A DNA stretch of 64,000 nucleotides from Clostridia bacterium (GTDB lineage Bacteria; Bacillota; Clostridia; CAKSNL01; HGM11501): the NCBI GenBank assembly GCA_045545475.1, contig JAZQAZ010000020.1:64001-128000 (forward strand), read 5' to 3'. The first letter of the stretch is position 1, and every line of letters starts with the position of its first letter. Below the pieces are notes generated by a model. It ran no database searches. It saw only the letters and a list, made by a program, of their open reading frames with translations, and was not told the origin of the DNA. Position numbers and translations under genes: made by a program. Of the stretch, positions 1-9,841 are shown piece after piece.

Positions 1-1
1 C

Positions 2-1030
2 GGAAGATATCAGCATCAGAATTTCGAAGCCTTTGCATTCCAGATGAATGAACATAAGGATGAGGAAGCAGAACTTCAGGGAGAGACATGGACTTGCGAA
101 AACTGCGGAACAGTTAATAATACAGGCATCTGCTCAACATGTAACTATAAGAAGTATTATGCATATTATGCGATCCCCGAAACACAGACCTTCAATATGA
201 TGTTCTACAGAAAGGACATTCTTGCACAGCTTGGTTTGGGTGTTCCCGAGACATGGGATGATTTCTTTGCGCTTCTTCCCGTTATAAGAAGAAACAATCT
301 GGAGGTTGGTGTTCCTGCCGCCACAATGTATCAGATTCTTCTTTATCAGTACGGCGGAAGCTACTACACAGCAGATAAGCATGCATCAGGTCTTACAACA
401 CCCGAGGCACAGAAGGCATTTATCACAGTTGCGGACTGTTTCACAAAGTATGACTTCCCGCTTACCTTTAACTTCTATACAAGATTCAGAAGCGGTGAAA
501 TGCCCATATCTATTCAGCCCTACGCACAGTTCAATATGATAAATGCGGCAGCCCCCGAAATTCAGGGACTCTGGGATATGACAAAGGTTCCCGGAACTTT
601 GAAGGAGGACGGAACAATCGATAACGGGCAGAACGTATCTTCTGCTGGATGCATAATGTTCCAGAACACAAAGGATAAGGATGCTGCTTGGGCATTTATG
701 GAATGGTACAACAGAAACGAAATGCAGACACGTTACGGCGAAGAGCTTGAATCCGTTATGGGTTCTGCAGGCCGTTACGCAGCAGCAAACATTGAAGCAT
801 TCAGAAGTCTTGCTTGGACAAGACAGCAGACTAAGCTTTTGAGCGAGCAGATGGAAGCACTTACGGGTGTGCCTGAGGTTCCCGGAAGCTATTTCACCGG
901 AAGAACAGTAACTCTTGCATTCAACGATGCTTACATCGAAATGGAGAATCCTTATAAGGCTCTTTCTGAGAGAGCAGAGGATCTCGATGAAGAAATTGCA
1001 AGAAAATACGAAGAATTCGGATTATATTGA
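2..1030 (+). CDS. Carbohydrate ABC transporter extracellular solute-binding protein, C-terminal part (5' end outside window)
   Basis: Frame open from base 2 to the stop at 1030; motifs YAIPETQTFNMMFYRKDIL, VPETWDDF and AAWAFMEW are typical of family-1 sugar SBPs; directly upstream of permeases. Confidence 0.88.
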   Translation, partial: GRYQHQNFEAFAFQMNEHKDEEAELQGETWTCENCGTVNNTGICSTCNYKKYYAYYAIPETQTFNMMFYRKDILAQLGLGVPETWDDFFALLPVIRRNNLEVGVPAATMYQILLYQYGGSYYTADKHASGLTTPEAQKAFITVADCFTKYDFPLTFNFYTRFRSGEMPISIQPYAQFNMINAAAPEIQGLWDMTKVPGTLKEDGTIDNGQNVSSAGCIMFQNTKDKDAAWAFMEWYNRNEMQTRYGEELESVMGSAGRYAAANIEAFRSLAWTRQQTKLLSEQMEALTGVPEVPGSYFTGRTVTLAFNDAYIEMENPYKALSERAEDLDEEIARKYEEFGLY

Positions 1031-1046
1031 TAAGGAGGGATGAGTT

Positions 1047-1985
1047 GTGATTTTTAAGAAGAAAAAGAAAGACGATAGACTTCCGAACGAAAATGTAAGA
1101 AATACCTGGCTCGAGATAAAGACAAATAAGTCCAACTATCTTCTGGTTGCACCGTATATGCTCATCTTCCTGACATTTACGGTTATCCCGGTACTTTCAT
1201 CAATGGTACTGAGCTTCACATACTTTAACCTTTTGGAATTCCCCGAGTGGAGAGGTTGGCTCAACTATCAGAGACTTTTCTTAGAGGACGACATATTTAT
1301 GATAGGTCTTAAAAACACCTTGATGTTTGCGTTTATTTTAGGACCCACAAGCTATGTGTTGTGCTTCCTCTTTGCGTGGTTGGTAAACGAATTGCCCCCA
1401 AAAATAAGAGCGTTTATGACACTTTTATTCTACGCTCCTTCCATATGTTCATCGGTTTACACCATCTGGCTTTACATCTTCAGTGGTGACTCCACAGGTC
1501 TTGTGAACTCCTACATGCTTAAGTGGGGATGGATAAATACTCCCATTCAGTTCTTCACAAATACAAGCTATAACGTGGGAATCATCATTGTTATCCAGCT
1601 TTGGCTCAGCCTTGGTACTTCGTTCCTTTCCTTTATCGCAGGCTTCCAGTCCCTTGATAAGAGTTATTTTGAAGCGGGTGCCATCGACGGTATCAAAAAC
1701 CGTTTCCAGGAGCTTATTTACATAACAATCCCGGAAATGAGACCTCAGATGATGTTCGGTGCCGTAATGCAGATTGCATCATCTTTTGGTGTAGGTGCTA
1801 TCTGTAGAACGCTTGGCGGTTTCCCCAGTACGGACTATTCACTTCGTACAATAGAAACTCATATTTATGACTACGGTACAACACGTTATGAAATGGGTTA
1901 TGCTTCGGCTATTGCATTCTTACTCTGTTTAATGATGATTGTGACAAGAAACCTGATGGCTAAGCTCATCAGAGTAGACGATTAA
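1047..1985 (+). CDS. Sugar ABC transporter permease (MalF/UgpA-like)
   Basis: Multiple TM segments, EAA motif YFEAGAIDG, GYASAIA; RBS AAGGAGG upstream of GTG. Confidence 0.92.
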   Translation: MIFKKKKKDDRLPNENVRNTWLEIKTNKSNYLLVAPYMLIFLTFTVIPVLSSMVLSFTYFNLLEFPEWRGWLNYQRLFLEDDIFMIGLKNTLMFAFILGPTSYVLCFLFAWLVNELPPKIRAFMTLLFYAPSICSSVYTIWLYIFSGDSTGLVNSYMLKWGWINTPIQFFTNTSYNVGIIIVIQLWLSLGTSFLSFIAGFQSLDKSYFEAGAIDGIKNRFQELIYITIPEMRPQMMFGAVMQIASSFGVGAICRTLGGFPSTDYSLRTIETHIYDYGTTRYEMGYASAIAFLLCLMMIVTRNLMAKLIRVDD

Positions 1986-2001
1986 GAAAGGAGGAACAAA
2001 A

Positions 2002-2970
2002 ATGTCAACAGATACAATGATGTCTTCAGGAAATACTGAAGTTAATGTTAATGAACTCCCCGAGCATTTAAGAGAACACGTTCCTCCGAAAAGAATGAGG
2101 GCTAAGAAGAAAAGAATCAACCGTTCACTCGGCGGTGACTTCTTCGTAATATTCTTCCTTATATTGATGGCACTCTTCATGGGCGTACCGCTTTACTATT
2201 CAATAATAAACGCGTTCAAGCCCTTGAATGAGCTCTTCATTTTCCCACCCAGATTTTATGTTGTACAGCCTACACTTGCTAACTTCAAGCAGGTATTCGA
2301 TCTGGCATCTGACCTTTGGGTTCCCTTCTCAAGATACGTATTTAACAGCTTGTTTGTCAGCGTAACGGTTACCGTTGGTCACGTTGTACTTGCATCCATG
2401 GCGGCATATCCCCTTGAGAAAGCAAAGTTCCCCGGTTCAAAGGGAATGTTCCAGCTTGTACAGATTACACTTCTTTTCACAGGCGGTACAATGGCGGTTC
2501 CTCAGTACGTAGTAATGGCTCTTCTCGGCCTTGTAAATACTTACTGGGCACTCATCCTTCCTGCTGTAGGCGGAAGCTTAGGTCTTTTCCTTATGAAGCA
2601 GTTTATGAGAGGTATTCCTGATTCAATGCTTGAAGCTGCTAAAATTGACGGAGCAAACGAGCTTACCATTTTCTGGAGACTTGTAATGCCTAATGTAAAG
2701 CCTGCATGGCTTACACTTTCAATCTTCTCCTTCCAGGGTATATGGAATGCGACAGGTAATAACTTTATTTATTCGGAAGAACTTAAAATGCTTCCCACGG
2801 CACTTAACCAGATTTATGCCGCTGACGCTGCAACAGGTGTTGGTAACGTTGCCCGACAGGGTGCGGCAGCTGCCGTTGCACTTATTCTTATGATACCGCC
2901 GATTATATTCTTTGTAATCACACAGAGTAATGTCATTGAAACAATGGCGTTCTCCGGTATGAAAGACTGA
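2002..2970 (+). CDS. Sugar ABC transporter permease (MalG/UgpE-like)
   Basis: EAA motif IPDSMLEAAKIDGA, TM segments; RBS AAAGGAGG. Confidence 0.92.
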   Translation: MSTDTMMSSGNTEVNVNELPEHLREHVPPKRMRAKKKRINRSLGGDFFVIFFLILMALFMGVPLYYSIINAFKPLNELFIFPPRFYVVQPTLANFKQVFDLASDLWVPFSRYVFNSLFVSVTVTVGHVVLASMAAYPLEKAKFPGSKGMFQLVQITLLFTGGTMAVPQYVVMALLGLVNTYWALILPAVGGSLGLFLMKQFMRGIPDSMLEAAKIDGANELTIFWRLVMPNVKPAWLTLSIFSFQGIWNATGNNFIYSEELKMLPTALNQIYAADAATGVGNVARQGAAAAVALILMIPPIIFFVITQSNVIETMAFSGMKD

Positions 2971-2985
2971 TAGGAGGGAAGATAA

Positions 2986-5097
2986 ATGGCTGTTAATAAA
3001 AAACTCAATAAGGCAGCAAAAATTCTTTCCTGCCTTATGCTTACAATTGCAATCTTAGCATCTTCCTTGTTGGTTTATGCAGAAGATCCTTATCACGGAT
3101 ATAACTACAACTATTACGGTGAAGCATCAGCTCCTAACGGATACCTTCCCACAGAAGCTTACAACGGCTTTGAATGGAACACAGGATATCTTAAAAATCC
3201 CTCCGATATGTATGTGGATGTAAATAACTTCCTTTATATATTGGATACCGGTAACGGTCGTATCATAGTCCTTGACCCTGAGCTTAATTTAAGCAAGATA
3301 ATTGACTCTTTCACAGATGAAGACGGTAACCCCACAACCCTTAAAAATCCCCAGGGTATATGCGTAACTCCCGACGGTGAAATTTATATCTGCGACACAG
3401 AAAATGCAAGGGTTATCGTAATAGATCAGAACGGTAAAATAGAAAGAAGCTACGGAAAGCCCGTATCAGACCTTGTATCCACCGATCTCATCTTCCGTCC
3501 TAAGAAAATCGAAGTAACCGCAACAGGCGATATGTATGTTCTTGCGGACAATATCGTTGACGGTGCAATGATTATTGCAGAAAACGGAGAGTTTGGCGGA
3601 TTCTTCGCAACCGACGCCGTAACAGTAACAGCAGACATCATTCAGCTTATCTTCTACAGAAGCTTCATGAGTGAAGAACAGATAAAGAAAATGATGTCCA
3701 TTCAGCCCGTTCCCTTCGACAATATGTATCTTGACGGTGACTTCTTATATACTGCAACTCTTTTCTTAAGAAACGAGGATCAGATAAGAAAGGTTAACCC
3801 TGCCGGAAACAATCTCTTTGCCGGAAACGAATATGGTGAAGCTTATGTGGGCGGCGGTGGCTCAGGATATGAACAGGCGTCATTTATCGACGTTAATGTC
3901 AGCGAAAAAGGCTTTGTTTACGCTCTTGACAGAAACTTCTGTAAGGTGTTCGTATACAATCAGGATAACGAACTTCTTATGATATTCGGCGGAAATGAGC
4001 AGACATTGGGTCAGTATTCTAATCCTACAGCTATTGAAACAATAGGGGATACTGTTTTAATTCTTGACGGAAGCAAAAACAATCTTACAGTACTTGAACC
4101 CACATATTACGGATCTCAGATAATGCTCGGTTCATATATGTATGAACATGGCGAATATGAAAAAGCTTTGGAACCCTGGTACGAAGTGCTTAAGCTTAAT
4201 ACAAACTCAGAGCTTGCGTACAGAGGTATCGCAAGAGCTGAATACCTAAAAGGTGAATACCTTGCTGCAATGGAGCATTATCATGCTGCATATGACAGAG
4301 AGGGATACTCCGAAGCCCGTGAAAAGTACAGAGGTCAGTACATAATGGATAACTTTGCTATGATAATGGGTATTATTATAGCTTTGGTTGTAATATTGGT
4401 TATCTACAGTAAAAACAAGAAGAAGATTTTTGCGAAAATCGGATATAAAACTCTTGAAGAAACCGGCTATGCAGGAATGGCTAAGTGGAAATATCCCTTC
4501 TACAACATGCTTCATCCCAGCGTAGGTATGAGCGAAATGCGTTACAACAAGAAAGAATCGCTTCCTCTTGCACTGTTCTTCGCATTCATGTGGTATGCTT
4601 CAGCGGTAATCATGCGTCAGTATGAAGACTATATCTTTAACGATACCAATATCAACAACTTGAACATCTTTATGATTTTTGCAACTACAATCGGCATTCT
4701 TCTTGTAGGTTGTATTGCAAACTGGGCAATTACAACTCTTGTTGATGGTAAGGGTACATTCAAGAATATATTCATTTACGCATCTTATGCACTTATTCCG
4801 ACCACAATAGCGGCATTCATCGTGACAATCATCAGCCAGGTAATGGTTGAAAATGAAGCGGTGTTTGTAACAGCTATACTTTTCGTAGGCTATGCATGGA
4901 CTGCAATACTTCTTTTCATGGGTATGATGACGGTTCACACATTCACAACAAAGAAGGCAATTCTCATGACTCTGTTAACAGCGGTGGGTATGCTTATCAT
5001 AGTATTCCTTATGATGCTTCTGGTGGTTTTATACAGCCAGGTATCTACCTTTATTACAACAATCATGTATGAATTGTTCTATAAGCTTGCTATATAA
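2986..5097 (+). CDS. Secreted/membrane NHL-repeat beta-propeller + TPR protein fused to C-terminal Yip1-like membrane domain
   Basis: Signal peptide; NHL repeats (LKNPSDMYVD..LYILDTGNGRI, LKNPQGICVTPDGEIYICDTENARV); TPR-like helices (AYRGIARAEYLKGEY); TM helix, then a ~5-TM Yip1-like region (TTLVDGKGTFKNIF). Confidence 0.8.
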   Translation: MAVNKKLNKAAKILSCLMLTIAILASSLLVYAEDPYHGYNYNYYGEASAPNGYLPTEAYNGFEWNTGYLKNPSDMYVDVNNFLYILDTGNGRIIVLDPELNLSKIIDSFTDEDGNPTTLKNPQGICVTPDGEIYICDTENARVIVIDQNGKIERSYGKPVSDLVSTDLIFRPKKIEVTATGDMYVLADNIVDGAMIIAENGEFGGFFATDAVTVTADIIQLIFYRSFMSEEQIKKMMSIQPVPFDNMYLDGDFLYTATLFLRNEDQIRKVNPAGNNLFAGNEYGEAYVGGGGSGYEQASFIDVNVSEKGFVYALDRNFCKVFVYNQDNELLMIFGGNEQTLGQYSNPTAIETIGDTVLILDGSKNNLTVLEPTYYGSQIMLGSYMYEHGEYEKALEPWYEVLKLNTNSELAYRGIARAEYLKGEYLAAMEHYHAAYDREGYSEAREKYRGQYIMDNFAMIMGIIIALVVILVIYSKNKKKIFAKIGYKTLEETGYAGMAKWKYPFYNMLHPSVGMSEMRYNKKESLPLALFFAFMWYASAVIMRQYEDYIFNDTNINNLNIFMIFATTIGILLVGCIANWAITTLVDGKGTFKNIFIYASYALIPTTIAAFIVTIISQVMVENEAVFVTAILFVGYAWTAILLFMGMMTVHTFTTKKAILMTLLTAVGMLIIVFLMMLLVVLYSQVSTFITTIMYELFYKLAI

Positions 5098-5114
5098 GAA
5101 AGGAGAGATAAATT

Positions 5115-7487
5115 ATGAAAAAATATATTTCAACAGTTTTAATACTTACTCTCCTTGTATCTCTTCTTACAGGTTTTTCTGCTGTTGCAACTGAGACGAC
5201 AGCGGAAACTACAGAAGCGGCTGCAACAGGAACCGTTACTCTTACCGAGGCAATGAAGAATTCCTTTAAGGCTGAGATGGCTGCCAAGACTCCCGATAAT
5301 GAGAGTATTGAGCCTCAGTTTACACTCATTACAGAAAACGAAAACCTTGCTCTTTATGCAATTACCGATAATGCAGAAAAGCGTATGGGTGAAGTTGCTG
5401 TATTGGATAAGGAAACGGGCTATGTATGGCGCAGTAATCCTATAGGAAACGATGCCGATATCATCGGTCAGGCATCCGGTCACGCTTTTTATAGAACTAA
5501 ATCTCAGATAGCTGTATCCTTCACGCAAGGTTATAACTATTTCGATGCGAACATGTACTATGAAAGCGTTCTTTCCGACAAGGTTTCCTGTAAGGTTGAA
5601 GATGATGCTGTTAAATTTGTTTTCAAATTCAGGGAAGTGGATTTCGTAATTCCCGTAAGATACACTCTTGAGGACGATGCCTTTGTGGCAGAAGTACTTC
5701 TTAACGATGAAGAGGCACTTCTCAGCTACTCAAGAATGGGTACCATCGCTGTAGGTCACTTAGGTGAAACAGTTGAACAGGAAGTTGACTACAATATCAC
5801 CGAGATTAAGCTTCTTCCTGCAATGGGTGCAACAAGCTATAATGAATCCGGTTATATGTTCATTCCCGACGGAAGCGGTGCCCTTATTTACATGAATAAC
5901 GGCCGTTCCAATATAACACAGCCTTATTCGGCTCCCGTATTCGGAAACTATAAGGAAAGTAAGTCTGAAGATTATAACAGAAAAGCTTCCGATCGTTATA
6001 TGCTTCCTGTATTCGGAACAGTAAAGGATGACGGACACGCACTTATGGGTGTTGTTACCGATAATGCATCTGTTTCCTTTGTAAATGCAGAAGTAAGCGG
6101 ATATGAAACAGCTTATAACAAGGTTTATTCTTCCTATCTTCATAAGATTATAAAAGGTGCTGACAAAGAAGGAACAGCTCAGCCTATGAGCCAGGAACTT
6201 CGCGACCTTGAGAAAAATTATAAGGTAAAATACTACTGCTTAAGCGGGGATGACGCTTCTTATGTCGGAATGGCCAAGCGTTACCGTGAGTATCTCGTAG
6301 AAGAAAAGGGAATGAAAAAAGCTGACGATTACAGAGAAGGTGCTCTTCTCCTTGATATGTATGCCGGCGTTGAGAAGAAAACCAGTATTCTTGGTATTCC
6401 CTGGAATAAGTTTGAAGTTATGACAACCTATGAAGATATCAGAAATATTTCTGACGATATGGAAGAAGCGGGAATAGACAATGTTATCTTTAAGTATAAC
6501 GACTGGATAAAGAAATCCGGCCGTAAAAAGATTCAGGTTAAGCCCAACTTTGAAGGCTCTATAGGCGGAAAGAGTGGCTACACCAAGACTAAGAATCATC
6601 TTGATTCCAAGAATATGAGTCTTTATATGAACATAGACTTCATAAACTTCTCTGAATCCGGAAACGGTTACAGCCGTCTTTCTGATTCCGTAAAGTATAC
6701 TAGCCAGGCTCCCGCATATCAGTCAAGCGGAATTTCTGCTCACGTTAACATGGGTTCAAGATGGTGTCTGTTGAAAGCACCTTTGGTAAAGGAAGCAGCA
6801 TTTAAGTTTGCTGACAAATGCGAAAGCGCAAATATCACAGCAGTTTCCATTGAAAATATCGGCGGAACGGTATATTCCGACGGTGCAAATAAAAACGGTC
6901 ATACAAGAGGCGAGTGTGCAAATCAGTTTACTGAAATTCTTGCAGGCTACAAGGAAAGATCAATTAATCTTCTTTCCACAGAACCAAGCGAATATGCTGC
7001 TGTATATTCTGACGTTCTTGCTGATATTCCCTCAAAGGATACATATATTGAAATTGCCGATGAGGCGGTTCCTTTCTACCAGATTGCAGTAAGAGGCTAC
7101 AAGACATATACAACGGAAACCGTAAATATGTCAAGTAATCCCGAAAATATTATACTTAATGCCGTTGAAAGCGGTTCAAGCCTTCTTTACAGCCTTGTTG
7201 CCGGAGAAACAACAGGACTTAAGGAAACCTACTTGAAGTATCTTTACAGCTGTAACTATTCACAGTGGAAAGAGGCTATAATCGAAGAATACACTGCTTA
7301 TTCCGAAGTTATGAAAATGGTTGAAGGTGCAGATATTGACAACCACGAAAAAATCGTAGAAAACGTTTATAAGACCACTTATAATAACGGAGTGGAAGTT
7401 TATGTAAACTATTCAGACGAAGCTTATCAGACTGAAAGCGGAGTTACAGTAGAAGCTAAGAGCTACATAGCAGAAAGGGGTGAGTGA
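5115..7487 (+). CDS. Large secreted protein, DUF5696-like (possibly glycoside-hydrolase-like fold)
   Basis: Signal peptide; motifs WRSNP, GYMFIPDGSGAL, LPVFG, YVGMAKRYR and VYVNYSD recalled from DUF5696 proteins of this cluster type. Confidence 0.7.
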   Translation: MKKYISTVLILTLLVSLLTGFSAVATETTAETTEAAATGTVTLTEAMKNSFKAEMAAKTPDNESIEPQFTLITENENLALYAITDNAEKRMGEVAVLDKETGYVWRSNPIGNDADIIGQASGHAFYRTKSQIAVSFTQGYNYFDANMYYESVLSDKVSCKVEDDAVKFVFKFREVDFVIPVRYTLEDDAFVAEVLLNDEEALLSYSRMGTIAVGHLGETVEQEVDYNITEIKLLPAMGATSYNESGYMFIPDGSGALIYMNNGRSNITQPYSAPVFGNYKESKSEDYNRKASDRYMLPVFGTVKDDGHALMGVVTDNASVSFVNAEVSGYETAYNKVYSSYLHKIIKGADKEGTAQPMSQELRDLEKNYKVKYYCLSGDDASYVGMAKRYREYLVEEKGMKKADDYREGALLLDMYAGVEKKTSILGIPWNKFEVMTTYEDIRNISDDMEEAGIDNVIFKYNDWIKKSGRKKIQVKPNFEGSIGGKSGYTKTKNHLDSKNMSLYMNIDFINFSESGNGYSRLSDSVKYTSQAPAYQSSGISAHVNMGSRWCLLKAPLVKEAAFKFADKCESANITAVSIENIGGTVYSDGANKNGHTRGECANQFTEILAGYKERSINLLSTEPSEYAAVYSDVLADIPSKDTYIEIADEAVPFYQIAVRGYKTYTTETVNMSSNPENIILNAVESGSSLLYSLVAGETTGLKETYLKYLYSCNYSQWKEAIIEEYTAYSEVMKMVEGADIDNHEKIVENVYKTTYNNGVEVYVNYSDEAYQTESGVTVEAKSYIAERGE

Positions 7488-8515
7488 TAATGGCGAAAAA
7501 AGAAAATACTGCTTCAACTGAAGTAAAGGAAGAAGTTATACTTGACAGCGAAAGAAAACCAACCAAGGAAGAAATCAAAGCGGCGAAAGAAGCGGCAAAG
7601 CGTGCAAAGAAGCAGAGAAAAGCTGCTGCAGCACTTTCTGAGCGTCAGGCGAGAGCCGGATATTGGTTCATCCTTCCTTGGATTGTCGGAGTAATCTTTT
7701 TATTCCTTGTTCCCGTTGTTACATCACTCATATATTCCTTCTGTGAGGTTGGCGTAAGAGCTGGCGGTATAAAGCTGGACTTCCAGGGAATAGATAACTA
7801 TATCTATATCTTCAGAAAAGATCCTGACTTTATTCCCGCACTTCTTGACTCCCTTAAGGATATGCTTTATCAGGTGCCTATCATAGCATTCTTCGGTATG
7901 TTTATCGCACAGATACTGAATCAGAAGTTCGTGGGAAGAACTCTTGCAAGAGTAATGTTCTTCCTTCCCGTAATCATTGCATCCGGTGTTATCCTTGAAA
8001 TTCTTTCAAAAACCGGTATGAGCACTTCTGTTTCCCTCAATGAATCATCAAACATCTTTACATTCCAGGAAGAGTCAGTTATCTTGAAGATTCTTAATCA
8101 GAGCGGTCTTAGCCCTGCTATTATCGATTACTTAAAGAGTCTTGTGGGTAACATCTTCGACATCACCTGGAAGAGCGGTATTCAGATTCTTTTATATCTT
8201 TCTGCTCTTCAGGGTATTCCGAAATCCTATTACGAGGTTTCATCAATGGAAGGTGCAACAGCATGGGAAGAATACTGGAAGATTACATTCCCTCTTTTAT
8301 CACCCATGACTCTTGTGTGCGTTGTTTATACAATCATTGACTCCTTCACATATTATCAGAACAAGGTTATGCAGCTTATCGACAAAAACGGCGTTGCAAC
8401 AGGTAATGCAGGTATTGCGGCGGCAATGGCATGGACATACTTCATCATCATTGCGGTTATACTTGTGCTTATTGTAAAGTTTGTATTTGCTAAGACTGTA
8501 TATACTGAAGAGTAA
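7484..8515 (+). CDS. Sugar ABC transporter permease (MalF-like)
   Basis: TM segments, degenerate EAA motif YYEVSSMEGA, FFLPVII. Confidence 0.88.
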   Translation: MIMAKKENTASTEVKEEVILDSERKPTKEEIKAAKEAAKRAKKQRKAAAALSERQARAGYWFILPWIVGVIFLFLVPVVTSLIYSFCEVGVRAGGIKLDFQGIDNYIYIFRKDPDFIPALLDSLKDMLYQVPIIAFFGMFIAQILNQKFVGRTLARVMFFLPVIIASGVILEILSKTGMSTSVSLNESSNIFTFQEESVILKILNQSGLSPAIIDYLKSLVGNIFDITWKSGIQILLYLSALQGIPKSYYEVSSMEGATAWEEYWKITFPLLSPMTLVCVVYTIIDSFTYYQNKVMQLIDKNGVATGNAGIAAAMAWTYFIIIAVILVLIVKFVFAKTVYTEE

Positions 8516-8527
8516 GGAGGTGCCGGA

Positions 8528-9586
8528 ATGAGACCAGAGTTATCACAGCTTAATAAAAAGCAGTTCAAAGACGAAATGAAGCGCCGTGACGAGGAAATGA
8601 AATCCAGCGGCAAAGAAAACAGTATCGGCTTAAAGCGTTTCGGCTCAGCCTTTTTCAAAAAGCAGGTAGCACATTTTATATATGCTATTTTCAGAGCATT
8701 CCTGCTTATCGGCCTTTCTTACATAGTACTTTATCCTGTATTCAAGATGCTCAGTAATGCATTTTCCGAAGACTATGTAAAGTCAGCAACAAGTATCTGG
8801 ATACCCAATAATGTTGGTATGAATAACTTCGGATATGCCGTTACCTTGCTTAAGTACTGGGAATCCTTCTGGGCAAGCGTAAAAGTTGCATTGGGAAGTT
8901 CTATTCTTCAGGTTATATCTGCAGCACTTGCGGGTTACGGTTTTGCGAGATTTAAGTTTAAGGGAAGAGGAGCACTTTTCGCACTTGTTATCTTAACTAT
9001 GATAGTTCCTCCTCAGACATATCTTATTTCAATGTTCATGACTTACAGAAAGTTTGACCTTTTCGGTATCCTTGATATCGTGGGACTTATAGCAGGTAAG
9101 GACATGACCTGGAACTTAATCGGTACTCCCTGGACAATGTGGATTCCCGCAATTCTTGGTGTAGGCCTCAGAGGCGGACTTTTCATCTACATTTTCAGAC
9201 AGTTCTTCAGAGGTATGAGTAAGGAACTTGAAGAAGCAGCGTACATTGACGGATGCGGTCCCTTCATGACATTCCTCAGAATCATGGTTCCCAACGCTTT
9301 GTCATCAGGACTTGTAGTATTCTTGTTCTCACTGGTATGGCACTGGAACGACTACTTCACAGTATCTATGATGTATACAGCTCCCAACAAGCCGAGACCT
9401 TTAACTCTCACTCTTATGTCCGAGTACAAAACACTCGGTGTTACACTCTTCGGTGAGGGTGACGTTAACTCAACATACATTCTTAATGCGGCATGTGCAC
9501 TTATAATTCTGCCTTTGCTTTTGGTATTCGCAGTTGCACAGAGATTCTTCATCGAGAGTATGGATAAGGTTGGTATCAAGGGTTAA
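8528..9586 (+). CDS. Sugar ABC transporter permease (MalG-like)
   Basis: EAA motif ELEEAAYIDGC, AGYGFARFKFKG, WHWNDY. Confidence 0.9.
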   Translation: MRPELSQLNKKQFKDEMKRRDEEMKSSGKENSIGLKRFGSAFFKKQVAHFIYAIFRAFLLIGLSYIVLYPVFKMLSNAFSEDYVKSATSIWIPNNVGMNNFGYAVTLLKYWESFWASVKVALGSSILQVISAALAGYGFARFKFKGRGALFALVILTMIVPPQTYLISMFMTYRKFDLFGILDIVGLIAGKDMTWNLIGTPWTMWIPAILGVGLRGGLFIYIFRQFFRGMSKELEEAAYIDGCGPFMTFLRIMVPNALSSGLVVFLFSLVWHWNDYFTVSMMYTAPNKPRPLTLTLMSEYKTLGVTLFGEGDVNSTYILNAACALIILPLLLVFAVAQRFFIESMDKVGIKG

Positions 9587-9595
9587 AATGCTTAT

Positions 9596-9633
9596 AACAA
9601 ATCCGATTGCACGGCAATCGGATTTGTTTTTTT
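9596..9633 (+). terminator. Intrinsic terminator of ABC operon
   Basis: AACAAATCCGATTGC-acg-GCAATCGGATTTGTT followed by a T run. Confidence 0.85.
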
Positions 9634-9679
9634 ATCAATCATTTTTTTAGAAAAAAGCCATGAAAAAAATAAATAACTC

Positions 9680-9708
9680 TTGACAAATGCTTTAATTTAT
9701 GGTATTCT
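9680..9708 (+). promoter_or_regulatory. SigA promoter of tRNA-Leu
   Basis: TTGACA-17bp-TATTCT with extended TG. Confidence 0.75.
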
Positions 9709-9722
9709 ATCTTTCGTGGTAA

Positions 9723-9811
9723 GCCCGAGTGGCGGAACTGGCAGACGCACAGGACTTAAAATCCTGCGCCCGTTAAAAGTCGTACCGGTTCGATTCCGGT
9801 CTCGGGCACCA
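9723..9811 (+). tRNA. tRNA-Leu (anticodon TAA)
   Basis: Acceptor stem GCCCGAG/CTCGGGC, D arm TGGCGGAACTGGCAGACGC, anticodon arm CAGGA-CTTAAAA-TCCTG, long variable arm, GGTTCGATTCC, encoded CCA. Confidence 0.96.
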
Positions 9812-9841
9812 GAAAAAAGACATCTTCGGATGTCTTTTTTC
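9812..9841 (+). terminator. Intrinsic terminator after tRNA
   Basis: GAAAAAAGACATC-ttcg-GATGTCTTTTTTC. Confidence 0.85.

Noticed and set aside
9723-9811. tRNA used as an integration site
   Set aside because: No adjacent integrase, and I found no duplicated tRNA 3' end in the window.
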